Source of the DNA: Selaginella moellendorffii
Taxonomy: Eukaryota > Plantae > Lycopodiophyta
Assembly: GCF_000143415.4 (NCBI RefSeq)
Contig: NW_003314338.1
Location: forward strand, 738,216-802,215
DNA length: 64,000 nucleotides
Reading direction: 5' to 3'
Below are positions 1 to 11,319 of this stretch, in pieces. The position numbers and the translations under genes were made by a program. The notes under the pieces were generated by a model, which searched no databases, was not told the DNA's origin, and saw only the letters and a program-made list of their open reading frames with translations. The stretch's first letter is position 1, and each line of letters begins with the position of its first letter.

Positions 1-794
1 ATGTTGATTCATGTTTTCAATCTTACAATATATAATTTGTTTAAGAGGCTTTTTGCTCAATGGATTGAGTGTTATGGCAAGTTGGACCACAAGTTAATGA
101 GGTTCAATACAATATTCAATAAACTAATCCTCTATAAATTGTGTATATACAACAATTAAAGTGCTTTGTATAAAGGGATTAAGAATAAATTACATCATCT
201 ACAAATCTATTAATGCCTTCTTTTAATGTTCTTTTTCCAGATTCTAACTTATTAATTAAAGAACATTAATTACCTTCCATGAGGAGAGGATGATATGAGG
301 TGTTACATACTATTATTAGTATAGTGGGATTTTAATAGTTAATGGATTGGTTTTAATCTGTTCTAGCTAGTCAAATATGTTTATTTTTTTATTTTATACA
401 CTCACATAAGTTTTATTAATCAATTACTTGATATTTTAGTATCAAATATAATTGTAGATTTAAAAAGTTGGAAAATAATTATAATTTTAAAAACCACTAA
501 TTAATGGAGGTCACATTTACAAGTCTAATCCAATTTGTTCCTCTTTAACTTCTTAAATTGTCCCTGGAAATTCCAAAGTGTTAAACTTATTTTTAAAATG
601 TTACTTGATGTAAGATGAGCCACCAACCACATCAACAAGCTAAAAGTACAGTAAATGCACAAACAAAACAATGTACACCTTTGTTAATAATAACAGGATT
701 TTTTGTCTAAATCCTTAGACCTAACTTCTGTTGGGTGAGGCATGAATCTCTTGGAATCTGACAAACTCATTGAGAGATTTGATCTACATAGTTG

Positions 795-2831
795 ATGGGA
801 TTAAATCAAAGGACCTTTCATCATGGATTTTCCTCCCTCCACTGCTATGCCCGCCATCCCCACTGCCACGAGGCCAGGTCGATCTTTGATGCTATGCCAC
901 ACCACAGCATTGCAGCCTGGAATATGCTTGTCACGGCATATATCAAATCAGGGCATCTGCATGCTGCGAAGATGGCCTTTGACGCAGCCCCAGTTAGAAG
1001 CATTGTCACGTGGAATGCCATTTTGGCAGCATATTCCCAGTCCGGAAGTGTCGATGTGGCAAGGCATCTCTTTGATGAAATGCCAATGTGGAATCTGATA
1101 TCGTGGACGACTCTGCTGGTGGCATATACCCAGAACGGGCATTTGGAAAGCGCAAAAAATCTTTTTGATGCTTTGAAAGAGGCTGATCGAGACCTTGTAG
1201 CATGGAACGCAATGCTTGCCGGATATGCGAAGCTCGGAAAAACCAAAGAAGCGTTTGATTTGTTTCAAAAGATGCCATTGCAGGATCTTTTCTCGTGGAA
1301 CACTATTCTTTCTGCCAATGCCCAGAAAGGAAACCTTCATACAGTGGAAGAGATCCTCTCTTCAATGCCTATGCTTAGCCTGGTTTCCTGGAACTCTGCC
1401 TTAGGAGCATATGCTCGTTTTGGAGCTTTGAATCAAGCAAAAGACCTCTTCAAACAATTGCACCAGCATGATCTACTCTCCTGGAACTTGAGGCTCTTGG
1501 CATATGCTACAAACAGGCATCTTGAAGAAGCCAAGGGCTTGTTTGATTTGATGCCGCAGCGCGACGCCAGCTCTTGGACGGTGATAATTGCATTGTACGG
1601 TGAATACGGCCTAGTCCATGAAGCCAGAAATATGCTAGAGGATATGCCACAGCATGACGTACCTGCATGGAACGCCATGCTTGGAGCATATGCCCAAAAC
1701 GGGCATCTTGAGAAAGCTTTGTTAGCATTCTTTAACGAGGCACCGTGTTGGAACCTTGTTTCATGGACTGTGATTTTATCCCTGCTCGTAGAGACTGGAA
1801 GATTCAAGCAAGCTTTGGAGTTCTTCCATTCGATGCCAGAGAGAGACATCGTTTCGTGGAACATAATGCTGGCTGGTGCTGCAAACCGTGAAGACAAGAT
1901 AGTTCTCTTCTATCAAATGCCGCAGCACAACCTCGCAACCCTGTGGATTATGGGAAAGATCGAAGACGTCGGCCAACAATACCTTCCCCGTGAGAGCTTT
2001 GCGTCCCAAACTGCGTCCTTGATCTTCCTCCTCCACAAAGCAAGCCTGGAGCAAGCCAAGTTCGTGTTCGACAGCATGGAGCTCCGAGACCTCGGTTCCT
2101 GGACGGCCATGCTCGTTGCCTACGCTCAAGCCGGGCTCGTCGATCTCTCTAGGGAAATCTTCGATGGAATGCCGCAGCGGGACTCCACCAGCTGGAATGC
2201 GATGCTCTCGGCCTATTCCCAAAATGGTCTTCTCTTCGAGGCCAAAGTGATCTTCTTCCAAATGCCGGAGAGAACTTTCGTCTCGTGGACTGTCATGACA
2301 AACGCCTATGCTCTCAACGGGCATCTCGGCCTTGCTGCCCAGAGCTTCAGCTGGACACCTGAGCCTCGTATCTGTTCCTGGAATTCCCTGCTTGCTGCCT
2401 ACGCCCAAAACAGCTACACCACCGAAGCTTTTGATCTCTTTGCTGAGCTCAAAGTTGCCGAGCTGCCGGATGATATCACCTTCAGTTCTGTTCTGGTTGC
2501 CTGTAGCCACGAAGGGAAGTTGCTTTACGGCAGGGACCATTTTGGGTCAATGAGTGTCGACTTTGGAGTGTTGCCCAACAAGCACCACTACTGCTGCATG
2601 GTTGACCTCTTCTGCAGAGCCGGACATCCAAGTGATGCACAAGAGCTTCTGTCCACTATGCCTTTTGTTCCCACTGCTCTGGAATGGACGTGCTTGCTGG
2701 GAGCCTGTAAAAGATACAGTCAGGTTTCTCAAGCTGTTCAAGCTGCAAAGTATTTTCTAAATCAGAGTAGTGGAGGGTACTTGTTGCTTGCGGGTCAGGT
2801 TGAGTTATCAAACTCGAGTTTTTGTATGTAG
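795..2831 (+). CDS. PLS-class pentatricopeptide repeat protein with C-terminal E domain, no DYW
   Basis: Intronless ORF (first ATG 795) with many ~31-35 aa repeats (e.g. FDEMPMWNLISWTTLLVAYTQNGHLESAK), then PDDITFSSVLVACSHEG and HYCCMVDLFCRAG...WTCLLGACK (E region). Confidence 0.95.
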   Translation: MGLNQRTFHHGFSSLHCYARHPHCHEARSIFDAMPHHSIAAWNMLVTAYIKSGHLHAAKMAFDAAPVRSIVTWNAILAAYSQSGSVDVARHLFDEMPMWNLISWTTLLVAYTQNGHLESAKNLFDALKEADRDLVAWNAMLAGYAKLGKTKEAFDLFQKMPLQDLFSWNTILSANAQKGNLHTVEEILSSMPMLSLVSWNSALGAYARFGALNQAKDLFKQLHQHDLLSWNLRLLAYATNRHLEEAKGLFDLMPQRDASSWTVIIALYGEYGLVHEARNMLEDMPQHDVPAWNAMLGAYAQNGHLEKALLAFFNEAPCWNLVSWTVILSLLVETGRFKQALEFFHSMPERDIVSWNIMLAGAANREDKIVLFYQMPQHNLATLWIMGKIEDVGQQYLPRESFASQTASLIFLLHKASLEQAKFVFDSMELRDLGSWTAMLVAYAQAGLVDLSREIFDGMPQRDSTSWNAMLSAYSQNGLLFEAKVIFFQMPERTFVSWTVMTNAYALNGHLGLAAQSFSWTPEPRICSWNSLLAAYAQNSYTTEAFDLFAELKVAELPDDITFSSVLVACSHEGKLLYGRDHFGSMSVDFGVLPNKHHYCCMVDLFCRAGHPSDAQELLSTMPFVPTALEWTCLLGACKRYSQVSQAVQAAKYFLNQSSGGYLLLAGQVELSNSSFCM

Positions 2832-3672
2832 TTGAATAGTTAAGTCCACTTCTAGAACCTGTGAATAACAAATTTAAAACCAATATATTATTATTGCACA
2901 ATTCAGTATAGTCTTAATCACAATAATAGTATTTTGAGATGTTAAATATTTAATAATAATTAAATTGCAATCTATGAAGATTCAACTTGTTTTTAAATGT
3001 AATTTTGCAATTATAATATATCTTTGTAAATTCCTTTACTTATTTAAGAATGCACCAACAAGTTTCAATTATTTATTTATTTATTTACCTTGCGCTTGTA
3101 AATAGAAGCTGTGACTTTTATCCATTAAAATTATCATTGTTACAAATTATTTTTGCACACTGTCAAAAGGTCAAAGATTTATTATATTATAATATATATT
3201 ATAAAATGCTACCTGAACTTATTTTTTATTGAAATTTATTTTAATAATTTAGAATAAAATAATTATTATATTAAAAATACTATATAATATTTTAATTGCA
3301 ATAAAAGACACAACAAATCAGTTTTTTTTTAAAGACTGATATTTTATTTTCTACACCTTATATATTCTTAAACACAATTTAATATACCAGGTCAAATTTT
3401 TATGTAATAAGAAAACACTTTTTTAGCTTCAATGCAATTTTCCTAAATAATTATGACTAGTGTATTATAATCTTAATATCTAGTGTAATTATGTTTTGAA
3501 AATCTTGAAGGTAATATTACAGTATATTAACAACCTTGAATAACAGCAAGGTAATTGCACTGAAATTTCAAATCATACCCTTTAGTATAGCACTTTAAAT
3601 AGCTAACCTTCAAATTAATTATATGGGATATACCAATTAAAATGTGAGTATAGCTTTTATTATAAATCACTC

Positions 3673-5457
3673 TGTGAGTGTTCGAGATATAGAAATAAAT
3701 ATATTAATTAGGGTTTATATATACAAGAATGGATGGATGGACTAGATTCAATCCTAAATAGATGGTCCATATCTTATAGTATTATAATTAATGTATAATC
3801 TAGCTAGAGTATTTTATATATATATACATTGTGTTCATCCTCATTCTGCCATCTATGTTTGGCTTCACTTTACTATCATATTCATTTGGCCTCATTACGT
3901 CAAGGCTAGATGTTCTATTTTAACTTATAATGCTCGTTCTTACTTCATAATTCATATCAATCGTCTATTTATCCTCATTCCATTGTTAAAGCCGGACTCC
4001 CATCCATCCCTTCTACCCCCTCTTTCAAAGAAAAAAAATTTAAAATGTCTAGACATAAAGGAGAAAGTAAAAAAAAGAAAGGAAGAAACATTATAGAAGA
4101 AGAAAAAGAGGAGAAAGAAGCAACAGAAGAGGAGGTTTTAACAATTGTTAAAATAGACATATGGAGAAAAGAAGGAAATATATTCAAAGTTTGGAAAATA
4201 AAAGATTTATTGTGATAAAATACTTTAGCTTGCATAAGATATGTATGAGATTCATATTAGTAAACTTCCTCAATACATAATTCAACACTTGAAAAAGTAA
4301 AATTAATAGAAAAGCATACACTCTCAAGGGAACACATAAACCCCTTAGTAGCAATAATAAAATAAAAGCTCTTAATAGCACTCATAACTAGGGACATGCA
4401 CTTAACCCAAACCTCTAGTCAAAGTGATTCAACCCTTGGAATAGGGGAATACTTAATATCAGAATTGATCAAAAACTACCAAAGAAACAAAAACAAGATT
4501 TTCAGCTATACATTATATGCTCAACATCTAAATTAGTATGAGAAGGATAAAAAACACTCAACTCAACACCAAATTAAAAATGAGAATCATAAAAATTAAA
4601 AATGGTTAATGTGCCAAAATAAGGAAATTGCAGATGAGAAGGTGGCTCAAGCCAAAAAATAAAAAAAGGTTGGGAAAGAGTAGAAGGTAAGGAGAAAGGA
4701 TTAAATGGCAAATTAAACGAGTAACATTTACTTCCAACTCATCTCCAAACTATCTTCATAATAATCAAGTTCCTATCACAATCTAAAATCCATTTGAGCT
4801 AGTAAACATTGTCTTCCCATAAACTCGATTTACAAACATTCTCCAAGAATTAGATTGTATTATTTATAACTTACTAATCAATATCATAATTATGCTCCAT
4901 ACCAATAAGAGATGTCAAAACACTAAGAACAGAATAAGCTGTGTAATTACATCTTATGAAAGTTGGAGATAAGTACACACCAAGGATAAGTGCAACACTA
5001 ATATGATTATACCCTATGGCATTAAGAGTTCAATCCAATGGAGTAGCATCAGTAGCCTCAAATGACATACTCTCTAATTGATGATGGTGTGGCATAGTAG
5101 AAGAAGAGAATGCAATGAAGATTAGAAGAAATAATATATCTAAGCATAGCAATAACTAGAATTCTAAATTTTGCAAAAAACTAATATAGATATAAATCTA
5201 AAAGAGAATGAAGAAATAAACACAATCTCGAACATTAAAGTAAATCACTACCAAAAAGTTTTACCTTTTGATAAATTGTAGTGCCTCTCTCCTCCACCAA
5301 TGTGAGTGCTCAGGATATAGGAATAAATATATTAATAAAGGTTTAAACCACTATTTATATATAAGAATACATCTCAAATTCAATCCCAAATGGATGGTCT
5401 ATATACTATAATACTATAATTAATGTATTACCTAGCTAGGGTACTATATACATGTAT
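3673..5457. repeat. Pair of diverged ~155-bp direct repeats (3673-~3830, 5301-~5457), possible LTR remnant
   Basis: Both copies start TGTGAGTG and share 'aataaatatattaat', 'attcaatcc.aaat.gatggt', 'tataattaatgtat' and 'ctagctag'; the sequence between them is AT-rich with no recognisable ORF. Confidence 0.5.
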
Positions 5458-5726
5458 TTACAAACCTTACAACTAAAATTTTAAACTTTTTTTTTACATA
5501 TTTTCTATAATACTTTTTAATATGAACTATATTTAGTTAGTGTTATTTTATACTAGAATATAATGAAGCTCTAGAAGTAAATAAACAACTAAAAAGGGAT
5601 TACTTCTGGTAAGTTCTTGTTAATTCTCTTTACTGCCCAGTTCCTTTATCAAATAAAAATTTTAAGATAGTGAAGTAAATACTTGCCATAAAGTCAATAT
5701 TCTCAATTAAAAATTCTGATGCTTTC

Positions 5727-6039
5727 NNNNNNNNNNNNNNNNNNNNNNNNNNNNNNNNNNNNNNNNNNNNNNNNNNNNNNNNNNNNNNNNNNNNNNNNNN
5801 NNNNNNNNNNNNNNNNNNNNNNNNNNNNNNNNNNNNNNNNNNNNNNNNNNNNNNNNNNNNNNNNNNNNNNNNNNNNNNNNNNNNNNNNNNNNNNNNNNNN
5901 NNNNNNNNNNNNNNNNNNNNNNNNNNNNNNNNNNNNNNNNNNNNNNNNNNNNNNNNNNNNNNNNNNNNNNNNNNNNNNNNNNNNNNNNNNNNNNNNNNNN
6001 NNNNNNNNNNNNNNNNNNNNNNNNNNNNNNNNNNNNNNN
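5727..6039. other. Assembly gap (Ns)
   Basis: Run of N. Confidence 1.
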
Positions 6040-6141
<102 letters not shown>

Positions 6142-6807
6142 TGGTTGTAATTTGCACCTAGTAGATTAAAAGCTTAACTAATTTATTTATTAACAAATCT
6201 TGTGTCTTAGTGTAACCTTATGAGAATCATCTTACCAATTGAGTGCACAAATTGCAAAAATTTAGACCGTAGGTGGAGAAATGCCCCATCACTGGCTTGT
6301 TTTGGAGAATTCTTGCTGATTCTTGGTGGCCATTTTCATATTTGTGGAAATAAGTTTATTATGCAGTTCCAGTGAAAAATGTTTTTGGTTGTGTATGAGC
6401 CACTAGACATACTAACAATCAACAATGCTATTACATTGATTGTTGTATGGATTTGCAACTATCAACAGCATTGAAATAAGGTGGTTTGATAGAGATCAAA
6501 CCACCAATAGCCAATTGTCGCAAGGCTATACAAAACTTTATTGGAGTATAGCTAGATGGTGAGCCGTTTAAATAACTTTTCTTGCAGGACTCTTGGCTTT
6601 GATAAAACTCATGTTTCACACCAATGTTTTTGAGAGGTTTGCTGGAGAGGCCAGGCTAAAATGGTAGAGCTACTGGCTAATGAACTTCAAGTGTAGGACA
6701 TAAAGTTCTTCGAGGATATTCTAAGAACATTCTGCTAATTGCAAGCCTCTGCAACGAGTATATTCTGTCAAACAGAACACGAGCCCTAATTCTCTGGAGG
6801 GCACGCG

Positions 6808-7552
6808 ATGGGGCTCGCGAAGACGCTGCTTGGGCCGACTTTCAACTATTTTGCCAGGCGCTACAAGGCCAATGTGGAGAAGGAGCTCAGGAAATTCGGT
6901 AAGCGCCTAGAAAATCGAAACCCTTGTCAAGGAATGGCGGCTGTGTTCTTCAGCTTTTCCTTTTTTCTTTTCGGTTCTTAGTTGTGCTCCTGCTTCTAGG
7001 GCTGAGATACGATGACCTGCTGGATCCAATGGGGGATCCAGACCTGGAGGAGGCATTGAGCCGCCTCCCACAGCACGAGCTGGACTTTCGAAACCAGCGC
7101 CTCAAGCGCGCCATGGACCTCTCGATGAAGCACACCCACCTCTCCAAGGAAATGCAGGTATTCTCGAAGAAAAAAAAGGATTTTTTTCGAGGAGCCGAAG
7201 CTTAGCTCTCTTTCTTTGTTTCTTTCAGGCGAAGCAAACTCCATTCCTGCCATACGTGCAGGATCAGCTCCAACAGGTATTCTTCCTTTCCTTGTTTTTA
7301 TATGCGTCGAAAAGCTCCTTGTTTTCTCGTTTTCGTTTTGTTTGTTCTATCTTCCTTTTTATTTTTCTTTCCTTTGGAAACACAGATATCCTTTCTCTCC
7401 TTGAGCTCTTGGAATTGTTTTCTCGTTATCGTTCTAGCTGTTTGTTCTAACTTCCTTTTTCTTTTCTTTTTTCCTTGGAAACACAGGTGAGAGCCGAGCG
7501 CAAGGAACGCGAAGCCTTGGGATCCGACGTTCCATACACTCGCGCGATCTAG
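6808..7552 (+). CDS. QCR7: Cytochrome b-c1 complex subunit 7 (4 exons: 6808-6898, 7000-7157, 7229-7276, 7487-7552)
   Basis: Spliced: MGLAKTLLGPTFNYFARRYKANVEKELRKFGLRYDDLLDPMGDPDLEEALSRLPQHELDFRNQRLKRAMDLSMKHTHLSKEMQAKQTPFLPYVQDQLQQVRAERKEREALGSDVPYTRAI; GT-AG introns keep the frame. Confidence 0.95.
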
Positions 7553-8485
7553 TCCTCTGGGCATCGACAAGAAGAAAAGGATCAAAGCACTCGTACTGTT
7601 TTGGACAAATAATGTGTGTTTCTTTCGACATACCGAGGAGGTAACATTCAAGCAAAGTTCGATCTAATGTATTCCCGGTCTTGCTCAAAAGCCTGGCTCG
7701 TATAGCTCGCAGTAGAGTGGGCCTTTTGGAATCGAATCGTGCCACCACTGCCCACTGCTAAGTGCTGCGACGAGTGCTCGAAGATAAGCTCGAAAGCAAG
7801 CTCGACGACAAAGATCTCGCGAGACAAAGAAGCGTCCTTAAACAAAAGCTCTCTCTCGATCGAGCGTAACGGGCCAGGCGAGAGAATCAAAAGTTGCGAG
7901 GCCGGCTCGATCCAGACAGATGGTTCTCCTTGTTTGCAGCACAAGCACGCACTGCTTCCCTCCATTGTTTCGTGGAGCGTGCAGTGCAAATTCGCTGCCA
8001 GCCATAGCCATAGCGACGAGAGCAAAGCAAGAACAAAAAAGAAAGCGAAGAAAAGTTGCGAAGTTGACGCATGGATTTGTCACCAAGCTCTCGGCAGCCA
8101 AATGTTTGGAAGTTTCTTCCCCGAAGTTTTTCGTGTCTCGGGGCTTGGAAAAAAAATAAGTTTTCTAAGTGTGGGAAGGTTCTCTCGTATCGTGGCATTC
8201 TTTTAGCATTTTATTCTTCGTGCTTAGGAACAGTACTGTGGACCTAGTGTGGCCGCCACGCGCCTTTGGGCCCACTAGGCCACGTGGAGCCTTCACCGCC
8301 TTTGGATGCCAGTGCCCGGCACACGCCCTGGACCACATCCGTGCCGCCACGCCAGCCCTATTCTGGGGTTTATATAGTGACACGCATTCGTTGTGGTATT
8401 CCTTGCTCACTTTTCTCGCGGTCTCTCTATTTCTCTTTCTCTTCATCGAGTGATCGATCCATCGATCGATCGCTAGGGCAGATCG

Positions 8486-9711
8486 ATGGCGCCGAATGTT
8501 ACCAGTCCAGCCGTGGACGGCGCCCTGGAGGCGGGGCTTTTGGATCGCGATGACAAGCACAGGCTGAGGGATCACGGCGGCGATGGTGATTCCAGCTCCG
8601 ATGGCGGCGAGCATGTGGAGCGGCACTTCATGGCCGGGGAGATCGTCCGCGACGCGGTGATGGGCGCGTCGGATGGATTGACGGTGCCTTTCGCGCTGGC
8701 GGCTGGATTATCGGGCGCCAGCGTCCCGTCGCTCGTTGTCGTCACGGCGGGGCTCGCGGAGGTCGCGGCTGGAGCGATCGCCATGGGATTGGGGGGGTAT
8801 GATCGATCGAAATACTTTTTCTTTTCCTTGGATTCTATGGAGCTAATGTTTTCTTGCTCTTCTTCTTTGTCGCAGGTACTTGGCTGCCAAGAGCGAGGCC
8901 GATCACTATGAGAAAGAGAGAAAAAGGGAAGAGGAAGAGATCGAGCGCTCTCCTGAGACAGGTATTCTATTCTATACCCTTTTCCTTCTGTATAGACCTT
9001 GACACAGATTGCTCGCTTTTGCTTTTCTCTTCTGGTTTTTCCAGAAGCCGAAGAAGTTGCGGAGATTCTAGCAAATTTTGGTCTCATGCAAAGCGAATAC
9101 GAGCCAGTCGTGGCAGCGCTGAGGAAGCGCCGGGACGCATGGGTGGATTTTATGATGAGGTACTCAGCGATCTCTTCCTCTCTTTTCTTGTTGCTTTCTC
9201 TCTTCCAAGTTCCAGCCAGAGCAGTCCTGTTGATCTTCCCAGCAACTAGAACTTCAGTTAGCTCCACAAATCTCCTCTAGATTACTCATTCCTCCATAGC
9301 AATAGCGATCCCTCCTGATTCCCTACCATTCCATCCTCTCCAGAAACCAACAGCAACTAGATTGCCTGATCCCATTCTTCCAAGTTCATGCACAACTTTA
9401 CCTCTGTGCGTAGATTCGAGCTGGGATTGGAGAGGCCGGAGCCAGGCAGAGCCATGAGGAGCGCGGCGACCATCTCGCTGGCGTACGTGGTGGGAGGGAT
9501 GATCCCGCTCCTCCCTTACATGCTACTCTCGGAAGTGTTTATGGCACTCAAGGTATCCGTGGGCGTGACGCTGCTGGCGCTGTTCGTGTTTGGCTACGTC
9601 AAGGGGCTCTTCACGGGGTCGAGGCCTTTTCGCAGTGCGCTGCAAACGACGTGTATAGGTGCGCTCGCCTCCGCCGCTGCTTTCCTCATTGCTCGGGCCG
9701 TGAGCAAGTAG
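8486..9711 (+). CDS. VIT1: Vacuolar iron transporter 1 (exons 8486-8796, 8876-8961, 9045-9159, 9414-9711)
   Basis: HFMAGEIVRDAVMGASDGLTVPFALAAGLSG, AEVAAGAIAMGLGGYLAAKSEADHY, WVDFMMRFELGLERPEP: VIT1/CCC1 family motifs. Confidence 0.95.
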
Positions 9712-9909
9712 ACCAGGTGCTCGGTAGTCACTGGTAATGGAAGTAACACGTAGATTTCTGTCTGCCTTTTCCAAGCTGATTCGAGTCAGATTTTTCTCAA
9801 ACCTCAAAAGAGCTAATCACGCTGGAAATGTGAATTGCTTAGACCATTCTCAACCTTTTACAATAGTCTTTTTAAAAAACAATGAGAGAACTTTTAAGGG
9901 TGGTTATAG

Positions 9910-9913
<4 letters not shown>

Positions 9914-9972
<59 letters not shown>
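9914..9972. repeat. (CT)n microsatellite
   Basis: About 29 CT units. Confidence 0.97.
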
Positions 9973-9976
<4 letters not shown>

Positions 9977-10229
9977 ATTTGATAAAGCTAATGAATTAGA
10001 CATTAATTAACTTTGAAGGCCATGGCACTATACAAAACCAATTATTTTTAATAATCAATCACAAACTAGGGATCTGGTTGTAACTCATTATCTAAACTTT
10101 GAAGACAAGTTTAGGTTTGTCCATCTGCAGATAGCGCTGCTCCTACAGAGAGCGTTAGGTTCTACTACGAGCGGAATAGAATCCAGGACAGCAGTGGCAA
10201 GATGATGCGCTGAGAGCCTCGCGGTGACA

Positions 10230-10835
10230 ACGTCCCCAAGTTGCTGTGCGCCGTCTCCCAAGACCATCGCCTTGTGGTCGCTCGCACCACAAAGCTTAGA
10301 AGGGAATCCCTTTGTCAACCGGTGGGAGGAGATCCCCTACTTGGACATGGGGGACTCCTTCTCTTCTCGAGGGTGTTCCTCTTGGCCACTGGCGAGCAGG
10401 AGTTCAAGGTTGTAGTGTGGTTTGTGAAGGGCAACGTCTACACCTTCATTCGCGGCCAGGCGGAATGGTGTCAAGCCAACTGCGTTGACTGTGACTTGTG
10501 CAGCGCGCCCGGCTTGTTTGGATTTAAAGTATCGCAGGTATGTTGAATTTGATGTGGCAAGCAACACGATCACGTACAACGATCTCGGTCTCTATCTCTC
10601 GGACCGTCAGCCCGTCCGCCTGGCGAGCTGGAGGGGAAAGCTCTACGTGGTGTTGATGGATAGCAAATGCAATATGTTTGTGGTTAAGGAGATTTGTGCC
10701 GAGACGGGTGAGGAGATTGCGGTGGTGAGAGATTTGCCATTGTATCTCAAGTTTGCTGGTCAAGCGCGTAACCTGTTGAATTTTTATGGAATTATGTTGC
10801 ACAAGTTGGAATATTACGAATTTCATATGATTTAG
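10230..10835 (+). pseudogene. Frameshifted F-box-associated-domain-like remnant
   Basis: Motifs sit in different frames: 'DHRLVVA', 'NPFVNRWEEIPYL' (like NPxTxxWxxLP), 'EFKVVVW', 'YVEFDVASNT...PVRLASWRGKLYVV'. Confidence 0.45.
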
Positions 10836-11319
10836 ATACAGGTAGGTGGGCATGTAATACACCTCTTATCTGTTGCTATGAAAAAATTTGCTGCTTGGTT
10901 TTCTTTATTTAGTATTTTCGAATAATCCAGTTGATCAATAATTATAAACATGTTTATAATTTGTAAATCAAGATTAATAACCATAGATTAAACAAGAATA
11001 TACTAAGAAGTGTTTAGGAAAGTTTAGAAATTATAAATACAAGATTCATCCCAAATATATTTTAGTTAAGTAAACCAATAATCCTTTCAAGTGGTTAACT
11101 TTCTACTTGAGATAATCTTTAAAGTACTGTAATTTAAGTTTACAAGGAGAAACAGAGAAAAGAAAATGATTAATATACACAAAATCCCCATTCAAAGTAA
11201 ACCAAGGAGAGGAGTAAAACGGGAAAACAAAGCCACAAAGCCGTGTGTGGGAGAATATAAGAAAAAAAATGCCTCTCTCTCTCTTGCTCTCAATCACTTA
11301 CTTTTGAGATTTCTCGTTG

